DNA of 63,926 bases, filler included, from Salisapilia sapeloensis CBS 127946 (lineage: Eukaryota > Protista > Oomycota), in assembly GCA_023334545.1 (NCBI GenBank). It is 13 parts of 13 records of this genome, joined end to end, with 100 filler letters (N's around TTAATTAATTAA, not from the genome) between each part and the next. Parts side by side here need not be neighbours in the genome. Positions count along the whole stretch, not along the records: positions 1 to 20,803 come from JAADVB010000294.1; 12 more parts are not named here. The stretch is one strand, 5' to 3'. Shown here in pieces: positions 1 through 10,330 of the stretch. The position numbers and the translations under genes are program-made. Numbering within the stretch: position 1 is the first letter of the stretch; each line of letters starts with the position of its first letter. The notes beneath the pieces were generated by a model. That model ran no database searches. It was not told the DNA's origin and saw nothing but the letters and a program-made list of their open reading frames with translations.

Positions 1-72
1 AGTAGCTGAAGCAGAAGTCCTCGTCGACCTTGGCGAAGGGTATGGCTTTATGATAGAGGTGCTGCTGCTCAT
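1..72 (-). CDS. Possible 5' end of a gene running off the left edge (MSSSTSIIKPYPSPRSTRTSASAT...)
   Basis: ATG at 72 on the minus strand and open to position 1. A pyrimidine-rich CTCACTCTT (Inr-like) motif lies just upstream. Too short to assign. Confidence 0.3.
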   Translation of the reverse strand, partial: MSSSTSIIKPYPSPRSTRTSASAT

Positions 73-1568
73 GGTTGGCTTGGTAGGAACGAAAGAGTGA
101 GAATCGCTGTAGAGGAAGACTGTATTTCAATAAACGTGTACAGACTCATGCACACTATACTTTCGACAACTAGGGAGCAAAACTAGCAACGCGTAGCTGG
201 TATCTAAACGACCTAAATTACTTTACTTGCGTTCATTGAGTCCTCTTTTACGAAACGGAGGCGATACTTAGCATATTGGAGTGAAAGAGAGGTCATTCTA
301 TCCAGTCTGTAAGTATATTGGCAAGTGATATGCCGCCATGATGCTTGTAGTTAAACCCGAAGTGGATGGGATATGGTACCATTTCCCATATATTTGCACC
401 ACGCGCAGATATCTCGAAAAGAGATGATGCAGGTAACCGAAGCTACCAGCAATTGTGTGCGTGAAAATGTTCGTGTAGACTGATATCTCAACAAAAACAA
501 GAACCCAATGCCGGAAGACCCATCCGCATGAGCAAAAGTGAATGTAAGAACGGCATCGACAACACCTGATTAATGGTAGCACACTGGCCGGGTGTAAAAA
601 GAAATGATTTGTGGTGGACATGGTGCTACAGATAATATTTATAATTCCAAAGTCGAGCCTAGCAGAGGTGAATTTTATCCTACACTCATCTTCGAGTAGA
701 CAGTGGTCCCAATTGCGCCATCGGAGCGAAGAGTCTCTGGTTACGAGCCTGTCGTCAGTGCCATTAGATCGTCTGTATATGCTAAACTTGAAAGACCTTT
801 AGGAATCTCAGAATGTCTAGGTGATGAGCATATCTTGAGCGTTCTTATGGTTCGATGCCACATGATGTCCGGGTAAATACTAGAGTATGGCTACAGAATT
901 TATGTTCTGAAAGGTTTTCGCCTTTGTATACGAGCACGAGCAAATATATCAAGTGAAGGTGATATTGAACTCGACAAAGTCAAAAGCAAAGCAAAAATGA
1001 AGCCATCCTAAACCATGGCGTTTGTAATGAGGCGGATAACCAAGAGATTCCACTTGGTACTGGCGTACTTGATTGACAGGAGTATAATGTATCTACTACA
1101 ATAAGCTTGCGAAAGGCAAATTCGTGAAGCAAATTCGGCATTCAGCGCACTGGCTTTGATTGCTTCCGCTACTTAAGACTTTTCAAATCATGCCCGAATG
1201 CCGGTCGTTTTCATTTGTCTCCGTCTGAGTTAGACACGTCTCTCTTGTGGTGCATCGTGTCTGCTCCAGTGATTTGTGAATTATTCGTTTTTTCGTTCGT
1301 TTCCAAGTTACCAATCCTGTAGTGTGCACTCAGATTTTCCCGCCTACCTGCGTTAAATGTGCAAGCTGCCACATCAGTACTCGCATCATCGACAATTCTA
1401 CTGCTGCACCTGAGGCCAAAAGCTCTCTGTAATCAGCTCATCGTCGGATATTACGAATTCTATAAAAACGGATTCCTCAATTCCACAAGGTTTTCAAGAT
1501 GATCGACCTGCAAGTCCCATTTTTGCTCTTGTCATCCCATTGCAACATATTCTGAGCTGCTAGGAAGC

Positions 1569-3545
1569 ATGCAAGCGAAAAATGCGCTTATGATTCTATT
1601 TGCCTCACTTATTACCGCTGCATCATGCAATCAACCTCGACGACTACAGGAAGATACGGAAGAAGGAGATCTCGCTCGACCAGAACTTCCAGATACCCGT
1701 GGGGACTACGACAACATAGTATATGAAATGCTAGACCGAGTGAACGCTGAGCGCTCGAGTAATAACCTCGACCCGGTTTGCTTAAACACAAAACTGCAGG
1801 CATCAGCCGAGGCACATGCGCATTACGAAAACTCTATTAACGAGATGACCCATTTCGGGGCCGATGGAAGTGATGCAGGTGCACGACTTACGACGGCAGC
1901 GTTTGACTGGACAGGTATTGCTGAGAACATCGCAACTGGATTTAATGATGTTGGATCCATCATGGATGCTTATATGGATTCCGACGGTCATCGTGAAAAC
2001 ATCCTCGGCGATTATGGATTCCTTGGAGTTGGTTACAACAACGGATTTTGGGCACAAGTCTTTGCTAGGAGCGAAACGGAGAAATGTGATACTGATGCAG
2101 AGGCGGAGCCGACTGAAGCTCCCGCTGATACGCCGGAACCAGAGCCGACACCAGCGCCAAGTGATGCTTCAGAGCCTGAGCCAGAACCAACTCCCGAGTC
2201 CACACCAGCTCCAGAAGATACTCCAGAGGTAGAGCCAAGTCCAGCACCTATCCCAGCGCCAAGTGCTGCTGCGGAGCCAGAACCGGCTGATGAGTCAAGC
2301 AAAACTACCGAACCGGAACCAACAGAGCTGCCAACCGATGTTCCTGAACCAGAGCCAACAGACCTGCCGAGCGACGATCCCGACTCAGAAATGACAGATG
2401 CACCAAGTGATACGCCTGAGCCAGAAACGACTGACCCACCAAGTGATACCCCTGAAGCTGAACCTACTGAAGTTCCAGTCGATACTCCCGCACCAGAGCC
2501 GATGAATGTGCCAAGTGATGCTCCCGAGTCAGAGCCGACAGAGACTCCAGGCGATTATCTCGAACCGGAACAGACAGATGCGCCGACCGATGTTCCGGAG
2601 CCAGGGCAAACAGACGCACCAACCGAGCCTGAGACAACGGACGTGCCAAGTGATGCTTCAGAGCCAGAAACGACTGACGCACCAAGTGACAACCTTCAGC
2701 CTGAACTCACAGAGATGCCAACCGATGTTCCGGAGCCAGAACCAACGGACTTGCCGAGCGAGGCTCCAGAGCCAGAGCAAAGTTCTGCATCGAACGATGC
2801 ATCAAGTGATTATGTGGGATCAGAGCAAGCTTCTGCATCGACTGGTGCATCAGGCCAGGCTTCTGAAACAGAGCAAACTCCCGCGTCAAACGATACATCA
2901 ATTGAGTCTATTGAATCAGAGGAAGCTTCCGCATCCATGGATGCGTTAAGCAATAGTATGGACTCAGGATCGGCATCTTCCGGCACGGATATGCCTGCCA
3001 ATAACTCTGATTCGGTATTAACATTAAGCCCAGCGGTAACTATCGAGTCAGACGAAGCTTCCGCATCTACCGATGCGTCAAGCAATGGTATGGAGTCAAG
3101 TTCGACAGCGTCTGGCATGGGCTTGCCTGCCAATAACACTAATTCGGTGCTAACGTTAAGCCCAGCGGTGACTACGATTGATGAAGGTGACGATGCTGTC
3201 GCTCTTTCGTCCGACGAAGATGGTGATGATAGCGTTGGTTCTATGAGTTCTTCTGGCTCTGGAAGCGACTCATTCACATTCAAGGAAACCGTTGGCTCAG
3301 CTGTGAATGAGATTACATTCGAAGTAGTCAAAGATGCGTCAGACATGAGCAATGAAGACTCTGTGGAAATGAGTGCTGCATCGATGGATGCTGAGACAAT
3401 CGAGTCTTCTGCGTCAGACGACGGAGATGACTATGCGAATCCAACCGTTCCTAGCGACTATAAGGCTGCCGCCGAGACCGATGTAGCAGATGCAAAGCCA
3501 AATGGATGCCGTGCAAAGTCGCATCGTCAAAGACAAGATGACTGA
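1569..3545 (+). CDS. Secreted CAP/SCP-domain protein with long Pro/Glu/Thr/Asp- and Ser-rich mucin-like tail
   Basis: Hydrophobic signal peptide (MQAKNALMILFASLITAASC). CAP motifs MLDRVNAER, AEAHA, IAENIA, SDGHRENIL, LGVGY and WAQVF, followed by acidic PT repeats. Confidence 0.92.
   Translation: MQAKNALMILFASLITAASCNQPRRLQEDTEEGDLARPELPDTRGDYDNIVYEMLDRVNAERSSNNLDPVCLNTKLQASAEAHAHYENSINEMTHFGADGSDAGARLTTAAFDWTGIAENIATGFNDVGSIMDAYMDSDGHRENILGDYGFLGVGYNNGFWAQVFARSETEKCDTDAEAEPTEAPADTPEPEPTPAPSDASEPEPEPTPESTPAPEDTPEVEPSPAPIPAPSAAAEPEPADESSKTTEPEPTELPTDVPEPEPTDLPSDDPDSEMTDAPSDTPEPETTDPPSDTPEAEPTEVPVDTPAPEPMNVPSDAPESEPTETPGDYLEPEQTDAPTDVPEPGQTDAPTEPETTDVPSDASEPETTDAPSDNLQPELTEMPTDVPEPEPTDLPSEAPEPEQSSASNDASSDYVGSEQASASTGASGQASETEQTPASNDTSIESIESEEASASMDALSNSMDSGSASSGTDMPANNSDSVLTLSPAVTIESDEASASTDASSNGMESSSTASGMGLPANNTNSVLTLSPAVTTIDEGDDAVALSSDEDGDDSVGSMSSSGSGSDSFTFKETVGSAVNEITFEVVKDASDMSNEDSVEMSAASMDAETIESSASDDGDDYANPTVPSDYKAAAETDVADAKPNGCRAKSHRQRQDD
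2307..2775 (+). repeat. Coding tandem repeat, about 13 units of 12 aa (36 nt), consensus approx. PEPEPTD(L/A/V)PSD(T/V/A)
   Basis: Units read directly from the translation: PEPEPTDLPSDD, PDSEMTDAPSDT, PEPETTDPPSDT, PEAEPTEVPVDT, PAPEPMNVPSDA and others. Confidence 0.85.
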
Positions 3546-4140
3546 GCTAGGTTTCCATCAATGGCTAAGGTAAGACTGAGTTAAGAGCAATATATGTACG
3601 ATCATAATGATCCATGAGCAGTGTGTCTTTAATAACTCAGCCTGGTGACTAGTATCGTTCATTTAGAGAATGACCATTTAATCATACACACTCTATCTTC
3701 CTTTCCCGTAGCTGTTCCTATCGCTCTGAATTGAAGACGTCTAGGACATCAACTCAACCAATACAAGCATCACTTTTGTTATTCTGATGTAAACATACCA
3801 GCTCTTGTGCTTTAGTATCTCTTAGTTGGTCAAGTGGTCAAGAAAGAACACTACTTGTGGCTATTGGACTCAAAACAAGACGCCTATCCGACGTTCATGT
3901 CACACACTTAAAGCACCAAGTATGTGAGAGCACAGGCGACAACTCTTGGTAAGTAGAAGTCGTTACTGACTCGATAATGGCAAAACGAGAGTGTGAAAAG
4001 ATTGTCTCTATCGTGTCTACATATCTATCCCATGGCCTCTCCAACACGATACGCTACAAAGCTACAAGTACAAATGAAAACCATCCTCCTATTCTTTCAG
4101 TCCATTTCCTATGGAAACCCTAGACAAACTTCTACAAGTC

Positions 4141-5646
4141 TCAATTCCCAGTCCCGTACCGATCCTCTACCTTGTTCTCTTCATCTTCTCCCCCGTCCTT
4201 GATCAAGTACGACCATTGTGACAATTTGGCCATCCCGTCAATCGTCAGCATTTCGACAAATTCCGGATGCGCCTGCCACGCAAATAACCATTCTTCCTCG
4301 CCAATATAATCATCCTGGTCTAAATCCGCTTCCAAAAAGATACGATTCACGGCCAATGGGATCTCTTCTTCAATCTCCTGCAGCATCTTCTTCACCGTCT
4401 CCAGTCCGGCCGTATACTTGTCATTCCTTCGAAATTCGTCCAAAGTCTTGTTCTCGCCACTCGACAAGGCATTAATTTGATCAGCCACGAGCTTCGGGAA
4501 CATCTTTTGCACTGATCGAATGCGCCGTTGCATAGCAGTCGTCAAGTCCTCTCGACTGATACGTCCGTCTTGAGATGTACTCGTGTCAATGAGATGGAAA
4601 AGACTCTGTGCCTTCTCCTGCGTGGATCCTTTCGTCATGAGGTAGACGCCAACTGCGAACTCATCTAGAGTGAGCCATGTCTTCGCCTCTCCACTCGTAT
4701 CGAGACTGTAGACGACAGCACCGGCCAGAGCCGGGTTCTCCGCCATCTCTTTCACCTCGGAAAAGTGCTGACTGAGCTCATGACAGGCAGATGTGAATCC
4801 ATCTAAGTACATCTTCTTCGCACCACCTTCCTCCATGGCGTACCTGTCAAAGACGTCTGCTAGTTCATGATAATCCTCTGCATGCATCCCTCTCTTGATG
4901 AAGGCATTTGCACTCTGAGTCGCTTCCACTGCCATCTTGGCGTCCTCTTTATTCGTTGCACTAGGACTACTTGCTGTGTCTTGCTTGGAAGCACCAGTGT
5001 CTGGTTTTGACTCCTTCGAAGGGATAGAACGACCACCGTTGCCACCGTTGCCACCGTTTGGAGGCTTTGGACCATTCCCACGACGCTTTTTCAACTGATG
5101 CGCACGTCCAATGAAAGCGTTTAATTGCGTGGCAGCTACGTCATCAAAGAAGAGCTGGATGGCATTCGCATGGAGATACGAACCGACTTCGAATGTCACT
5201 TTAAAGTCCACTCGACACTCATCCGGGGAGTTCGTAGGCGTAAATTTCCAATCGCCATCAATACGTTTGAAAATAGGCGAGTTGACTGCTCTTGTCGTAA
5301 TCCTCTCCGGTTTCTTCATCGTCACGCGCGACGTATATGACTCCGTGAAGATTTTAAACCCGATCCGGAGCTTGGCATCCATCTCTTCCTCTCCCTTTCG
5401 ACTGACAATCGTCGATTCGACGCAAAAAGGAAGGAATTCATGGTACTTGCTCACGTCTGCAACTACATTGAACATCTCTTCTTGAGAAAACGGAACGATT
5501 TTATGTTCCGAATGGGACTTGGTAAGAGCATTGGAAGAGGAAGAGCCGGTCATCCAGGAGAAAAAGGAGCGTGTAGGAGACACAAAAGTCGACGACGCTG
5601 GCGCCGTTAGCCTTTTGCAGATCTCTGATGGTTTCTGACGAAGCAT
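4141..5646 (-). CDS. COQ10: COQ10-like START/polyketide-cyclase domain fused to a C-terminal EF-hand (calcineurin-B/recoverin-like) domain; probable mitochondrial presequence
   Basis: HSEHKIVPFSQEEMFNVVADVSKYHEFLPFCVES...LRIGFKIFTESYTSRV is typical of COQ10/RatA. EF-loops are DTSTSQDGRISREDL and DLDQDDYIGEEEW. The N-terminus is Arg/Ser-rich. Confidence 0.85.
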   Translation of the reverse strand: MLRQKPSEICKRLTAPASSTFVSPTRSFFSWMTGSSSSNALTKSHSEHKIVPFSQEEMFNVVADVSKYHEFLPFCVESTIVSRKGEEEMDAKLRIGFKIFTESYTSRVTMKKPERITTRAVNSPIFKRIDGDWKFTPTNSPDECRVDFKVTFEVGSYLHANAIQLFFDDVAATQLNAFIGRAHQLKKRRGNGPKPPNGGNGGNGGRSIPSKESKPDTGASKQDTASSPSATNKEDAKMAVEATQSANAFIKRGMHAEDYHELADVFDRYAMEEGGAKKMYLDGFTSACHELSQHFSEVKEMAENPALAGAVVYSLDTSGEAKTWLTLDEFAVGVYLMTKGSTQEKAQSLFHLIDTSTSQDGRISREDLTTAMQRRIRSVQKMFPKLVADQINALSSGENKTLDEFRRNDKYTAGLETVKKMLQEIEEEIPLAVNRIFLEADLDQDDYIGEEEWLFAWQAHPEFVEMLTIDGMAKLSQWSYLIKDGGEDEENKVEDRYGTGN

Positions 5647-5847
5647 AATGATCTAGTGACTACAAGTACTGCTGTGTGCTCGTCGAGCTACTCGACCTCG
5701 ACTGCCGCCGGCGTCGAGGATAGACGAAATATTGTGCTCGTTTCTCTTTACTTCAGTATGCATCGGATAAGCGTAAACATCTTATTCTGCAGGTTGCTCA
5801 ACTACCTTCGTGCAACCGAATGACACAACTTGTGACACGATACGAAG

Positions 5848-6526
5848 ATGGCATCGCCGGCAGGGAAGAAGCTTGCGAAGAGAGGTGGTAAGAATGTGAA
5901 GAAGAAGGAAACGTTTACTCCAAGGATTACATCAGGTAGGTGATGAATATATTGTAATTTGACGATATATACTGTCATCGAAGTTGAGGATGACGCAATG
6001 GTGGATTTAGCGCCGGCAGTCTATGCTCGATCGAACGAGTTTCCAGAGGTTCGTGCTGTTACTGTATTAATCTATGGATCCTACTGAGTGAGAATTTATA
6101 GTTGATTCCTCCACGGCATGCACTTCCACCTGAATTAGCAGAACTGCATCGCTTTTTGGAAGCCCGGCAAAGCGTTCCTGTACATCATCAAGAGTATCAA
6201 CTTCAAGGTACGTGATGCTTGCTATTTACATTTACCTATGTTCAAACCACCCATCGAAACCATGCACAGAGCTTGGCAACCTTACTCGAGAAGACTTTGA
6301 CCTTCGCATCCGGGAGCTCGAAAATTATAACTTTCGTCTTAACCTAGAAGAGGGTAAGCTTCACCATGTACTTTGTCTATCCGATAGCAAAATAACATGT
6401 CTATTACTAGCCACTACTGTCCGGGCTTGTGTGGAAACTGGTTTCTTAAATACAGTCTCAACAAGCGATGAAGTGAAAGTAGAATCATCAGACACGAGGC
6501 AAACTAAAAAACCTCGTCGAGATTAA
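5848..6526 (+). CDS. LIN52: Five-exon, 152-aa LIN52-like (DREAM/MuvB core subunit) protein
   Basis: Exons 5848-5935, 5984-6048, 6102-6207, 6270-6353 and 6411-6526, with four GT-AG introns of 48-62 nt and consistent phases. QELGNLTREDFDLRIRELENYNFRLNLEE...GFLN resembles recalled human LIN52 KELGSLTTANLMEKVRGLQNLAYQLGLDE...GKFLN. The gene model is firmer than the name. Confidence 0.65.
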
Positions 6527-7302
6527 GATGATATATCGTTCCAAATAAATGGCTTTTAGTGTAAAGTTGCGTACATCCTATACTTGTCGTAAAGAAGTGC
6601 TACTATTTGGCTCTGCTTATAGAACTATTCCATCATCTTTCTGTTTACAACGCTTACGCTGTGTACGAAGCAAAGAATTCTATAAACGATCCTTTCACAA
6701 AGTCTGACACAAAACTTTCGTTACTCTTGCTCTAGGATTAAAACTTGCATCCTGCTTGTTTGTATCATCTCAGAGACGGAAAACGAATATTGAATTGATT
6801 TTATCTTCTTTATCGCTGTAGTAGTTACTTGGACATGCGCTTGCTCATAAGGTTCATCTGTTCTGATCCGTTCACTGAGTTATAAAAATTGAGCGAATTG
6901 ATTGTCGTGCTACCTCAGCACTAAGGTCCCAATCTGTTCACCTTGCACTGCGCCTTCTTCTGCAAGCACCACTACCCGATACCGAATAGCGCTTCCCAAC
7001 AAGGCGATCCAGTCACACTGGTACATCGAGTAGCGAACAGTAACAACAGTCAAAGAACTTGATACTTTTGATCTCTAGGCATCTCTACCTCTATGTAAAA
7101 GTCTAGATACGACCTGACCAAGAGACCTAGTAGGTATGATGTCAGCCTTACAAGTGTAAAAGTCACTGTTCATCATAAGCCACAATCCAACTACGCTTGT
7201 GTACAAATAAAATACTTTTCATACAGCGTTATCAGCAAATAATCGTAGCCACATGCGGGTAAGTATCACCAGCATACAACTCTCTATATTACTGCCTCTA
7301 CC

Positions 7303-9120
7303 TTACACCAACGAACTATCTCGAGACACACGACTTCTTACCGTTGATGCCCTAGTCTTCACATGCGTAGCTTCATCCTTTTCATCTACCACTTTCGTTA
7401 CCGCATCATCCCTCTTCCTATAGGCAAGCCAAAGACCAATTGCCACCACAATCGGAATAACTGCAACAGCTACAATGGAGTAGAATTTGACTGCCTCTGC
7501 TTGATCCTCCGCTTTCAACTCTGCCACACGTTTCGCTCGGCGAGTCATCTCTTCTTCGTCTATGGAAGCCACCTCCTTTTCTTCCTCCGCTGTCAGCAGT
7601 GCTCTCCCTTCAATAGAGAGTTTAATCGCATCCAGTTCTAGCTGTGGAATGTTCGTATCATTCAAACTGTCCACAGCGACTGGAGTCACTTCCCCTTGGA
7701 TCGTCAACGGTTTTAGCTGGAAACAAGTGAACATGTTGAGTCGACGCATCTTGCACTGCACTCTGTACTTGTCTAGATCATGCTTCAACGACGTTGCGTC
7801 TCCGTCTCCACCGGCAAATGTCTGCATGTACTTCACGTACCCTACTTGGTCCTTCTTTCCGGCCAACTTGGCCTGATTACGATGTACGAAGACGACGTCT
7901 CCAGCCGGATCTCGTTGCAGCATAGAGACACCGCAAAAGAATGAACTAGCTTCTTCGTAGATACCACCAAGTGCTAGTAGATGAGGAACATAGTAGAATG
8001 GAGTCGTCGTATTCAGCCAGGCTAGACGAAAGAGGTCTTTATCTCCCATGACAAGCGCCCAATCCGTTAGTAAGCGAGGCTCATGGCCGGCGTAGAACAT
8101 GAGTTTATTCAATGCACGCTGACTACGTTTACGGTTGACGAGTACTTGTCCACTCTCCTGTTCAAACATGTTGGTAAAGGGCATATCTAGCAATTGCCAC
8201 AATGCACTTTGGGAATGAACGTTAAACGGTGTACTAACTGCTGGACGCCAAAAGTCTGGCCAGAACATAGCTCCATGCTTTTGGAATTCAGGACTGTCGA
8301 AGAGGTAGGTCGGGTCTTTCACTGGCAAGTTATCACAATCGAGTAGTAAGACGTTTTCAAACCTGCTATGATAGAGTGCATACGGTTTCGTAAGAAAGTC
8401 TTTCGCGAGTGGATCCTCAATGGTCCGTACGAAAGCATTGTGCTTGGTCGTGAGTTCAACGAGAATCGAATGAGACGCTTTCATTTCGGTCGGATCGATC
8501 CAGATTTCCACTGGTAGCGTACAACCAAGCTGTCGAAGCAGACGTACGATTGCATATAGCCCTGCGACGACTTTTGGATAAACGACGATCGTAATACCTC
8601 GATCCCACTGTCCGTCCGTCGGTAGTGCCAACGGCTCCTTGTGTGTATACTCTGCTGCTATGATACTAAAGTCTGTGAAATGCCTAGCTCCATTACATGT
8701 GACGATCCCATCCACTTTCCACCACCGCCATGTCTTGCACGTCGAGAGCATCACGTGCATAACCTCACCGGACGTCCGGTTCCGGATTTCGCAATACCCA
8801 CTGACCCGTGTCAATGACTCGTCACAGCCGCGGTCTCGACTATGATCTCTCGGTCCATGCGGATCACATCCATGAGTTGCCCGCCATCCGAGACACTCGA
8901 ACTCGTCATCTTTCCACAACTCAGTCGTTCTGTCCCCTGTCAAGTCGGCATAATCGAGATAAGGTTGATCATATAACATCTCCTTTGGTTTCCACCCGTC
9001 AATCAAGCGATATATGATCATAGAGATGATAGCAGTAACTAGAACTGCGAAAAGCAACGGAGACCGAAGCCATACTCGCTTGATACATCTACCGATACGT
9101 TCCATCACGACGTTATGCAT
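7303..9120 (-). CDS. MNN2-like alpha-mannosyltransferase (GT71) with N- and C-terminal TM segments
   Basis: LGCTLPVEIW, FENVLLLDCDN (DxD), GAMFWPDFW, EQESGQVLVNRKR and GDKDLFRLAW motifs. Also the oomycete-type CLGWRAT..CDP.GPR Cys module. Confidence 0.88.
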   Translation of the reverse strand: MHNVVMERIGRCIKRVWLRSPLLFAVLVTAIISMIIYRLIDGWKPKEMLYDQPYLDYADLTGDRTTELWKDDEFECLGWRATHGCDPHGPRDHSRDRGCDESLTRVSGYCEIRNRTSGEVMHVMLSTCKTWRWWKVDGIVTCNGARHFTDFSIIAAEYTHKEPLALPTDGQWDRGITIVVYPKVVAGLYAIVRLLRQLGCTLPVEIWIDPTEMKASHSILVELTTKHNAFVRTIEDPLAKDFLTKPYALYHSRFENVLLLDCDNLPVKDPTYLFDSPEFQKHGAMFWPDFWRPAVSTPFNVHSQSALWQLLDMPFTNMFEQESGQVLVNRKRSQRALNKLMFYAGHEPRLLTDWALVMGDKDLFRLAWLNTTTPFYYVPHLLALGGIYEEASSFFCGVSMLQRDPAGDVVFVHRNQAKLAGKKDQVGYVKYMQTFAGGDGDATSLKHDLDKYRVQCKMRRLNMFTCFQLKPLTIQGEVTPVAVDSLNDTNIPQLELDAIKLSIEGRALLTAEEEKEVASIDEEEMTRRAKRVAELKAEDQAEAVKFYSIVAVAVIPIVVAIGLWLAYRKRDDAVTKVVDEKDEATHVKTRASTVRSRVSRDSSLV

Positions 9121-9210
9121 GTATTATGTCCTAGAGGTACGTAATGCTCGTCTCGACTGTTGTATTAATTTTAAGAGGGTCAAATAAGACCACTCGATCA
9201 TAACCACAAG

Positions 9211-10248
9211 ATGCTTGCGTGGAGACGAGTACTCGTGCGTCGTGGCGCTGCGTCTGCGAAGACGTTGCGTCTACGAGTTAAGCCTACGCAGCCAAACCTA
9301 CTTTTGCAACGCACTAGTGGAAGTCGATTTTTCTCTGACATCGAGAATAACGAGAATGAAAATGACGAGAGCCAGGAAGCATCTCGCTTCTTGCGTCTAG
9401 CTGAAGAGGAGGAGGAAGGAGAAGAAGGTGAGGAAGAAGAGGAAGAGGAGGACCGTGGAGACTTTGGTCTGGATGAAGACGAAGAGGACATTAACGCCGG
9501 TGGATACGAACCGGATGACCAGTTGGAAGAGTTCATGTACGAATTGTACTTGGAAGATCCAGTCACGTGGTCTCCATTCAACTTAGCTGCTGTCTCCGGT
9601 CTGACGAAACCTCGTATCGAAGCTATGCTGTACCTCAAGGCGGAGGAACATGGCTTGACGCTAGAAGAGCTTCGTGCGCAGGCGAAGGAAGCCAAGACTG
9701 CTAGTGAAAAGCGATCGAAGGAAGTGCAGGATAAGTTAGCATTGGCATTAGCGCAGGGTAACGAGCAGGAGGTGAAGCGTTTAGAGAAGAAGCAGTCGGA
9801 GACGTTTGAACAAGTCGCGACGAACAATGTTGTGGATGAACTGACGCCGGAAGAAGTGGAACGAGTGAAGGGAAAAGTGGATGAGGGCTACCGGAATCCA
9901 GAGTTCTTCTTCCTCAACGACAACTTTGACGGGTACCCACCCATGACACGCCGATTGCACAAGCGTGGTTCGACCGATAAGCTGCAACAGGCAGAAGCGC
10001 AGCAATTGCAGCGTTTGGCGAAAGAAAAGAGTAAGAAAGTAAGCGCAGACGGATCGGTCCCGGAGCTTCCGTCGTTTGCCATGCCGTCCGACAAGCAGCG
10101 TCGGTGGAAGACTGCCGTGCGAGACATTACGCACCACAAGGCGCCGATGCTCATTCGAGACGAAAGTCGCGTGCTCCGCCTCGCGCATGAAGACGAGACC
10201 GTGTCGAGGTCGTGGGTCCAGCGACCGCCCTACTTCAACGGCATTTAA
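9211..10248 (+). CDS. Probable mitochondrial protein, mS45/Bot1p-like mitoribosomal subunit candidate
   Basis: Arg-rich presequence (MLAWRRVLVRRG...), acidic stretch, then MYELYLEDPVTWSPFNLAAVSGLTKPRIEAMLYLK, which resembles the recalled mS45 core. The ORF is solid; the family is tentative. Confidence 0.6.
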   Translation: MLAWRRVLVRRGAASAKTLRLRVKPTQPNLLLQRTSGSRFFSDIENNENENDESQEASRFLRLAEEEEEGEEGEEEEEEEDRGDFGLDEDEEDINAGGYEPDDQLEEFMYELYLEDPVTWSPFNLAAVSGLTKPRIEAMLYLKAEEHGLTLEELRAQAKEAKTASEKRSKEVQDKLALALAQGNEQEVKRLEKKQSETFEQVATNNVVDELTPEEVERVKGKVDEGYRNPEFFFLNDNFDGYPPMTRRLHKRGSTDKLQQAEAQQLQRLAKEKSKKVSADGSVPELPSFAMPSDKQRRWKTAVRDITHHKAPMLIRDESRVLRLAHEDETVSRSWVQRPPYFNGI

Positions 10249-10330
10249 TCAATACAAACAAGAGGTTAATGTCGAATTACTTGAGTTGGTTATGGTACGA
10301 CGTAGTCTACATAAGTTACGTCCACTTCTT

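Noticed and set aside
298-1500. Short ORFs 298-621 and 611-802, and similar short ORFs at 28200-29180, 32737-32994 and 39000-40250
   Set aside because: No recognisable motifs, mostly non-ATG starts, and no consistent splice structure found.
2810-3352. Antisense and alternative ORFs over the CAP-protein repeat region
   Set aside because: By-products of the low-complexity repeats.
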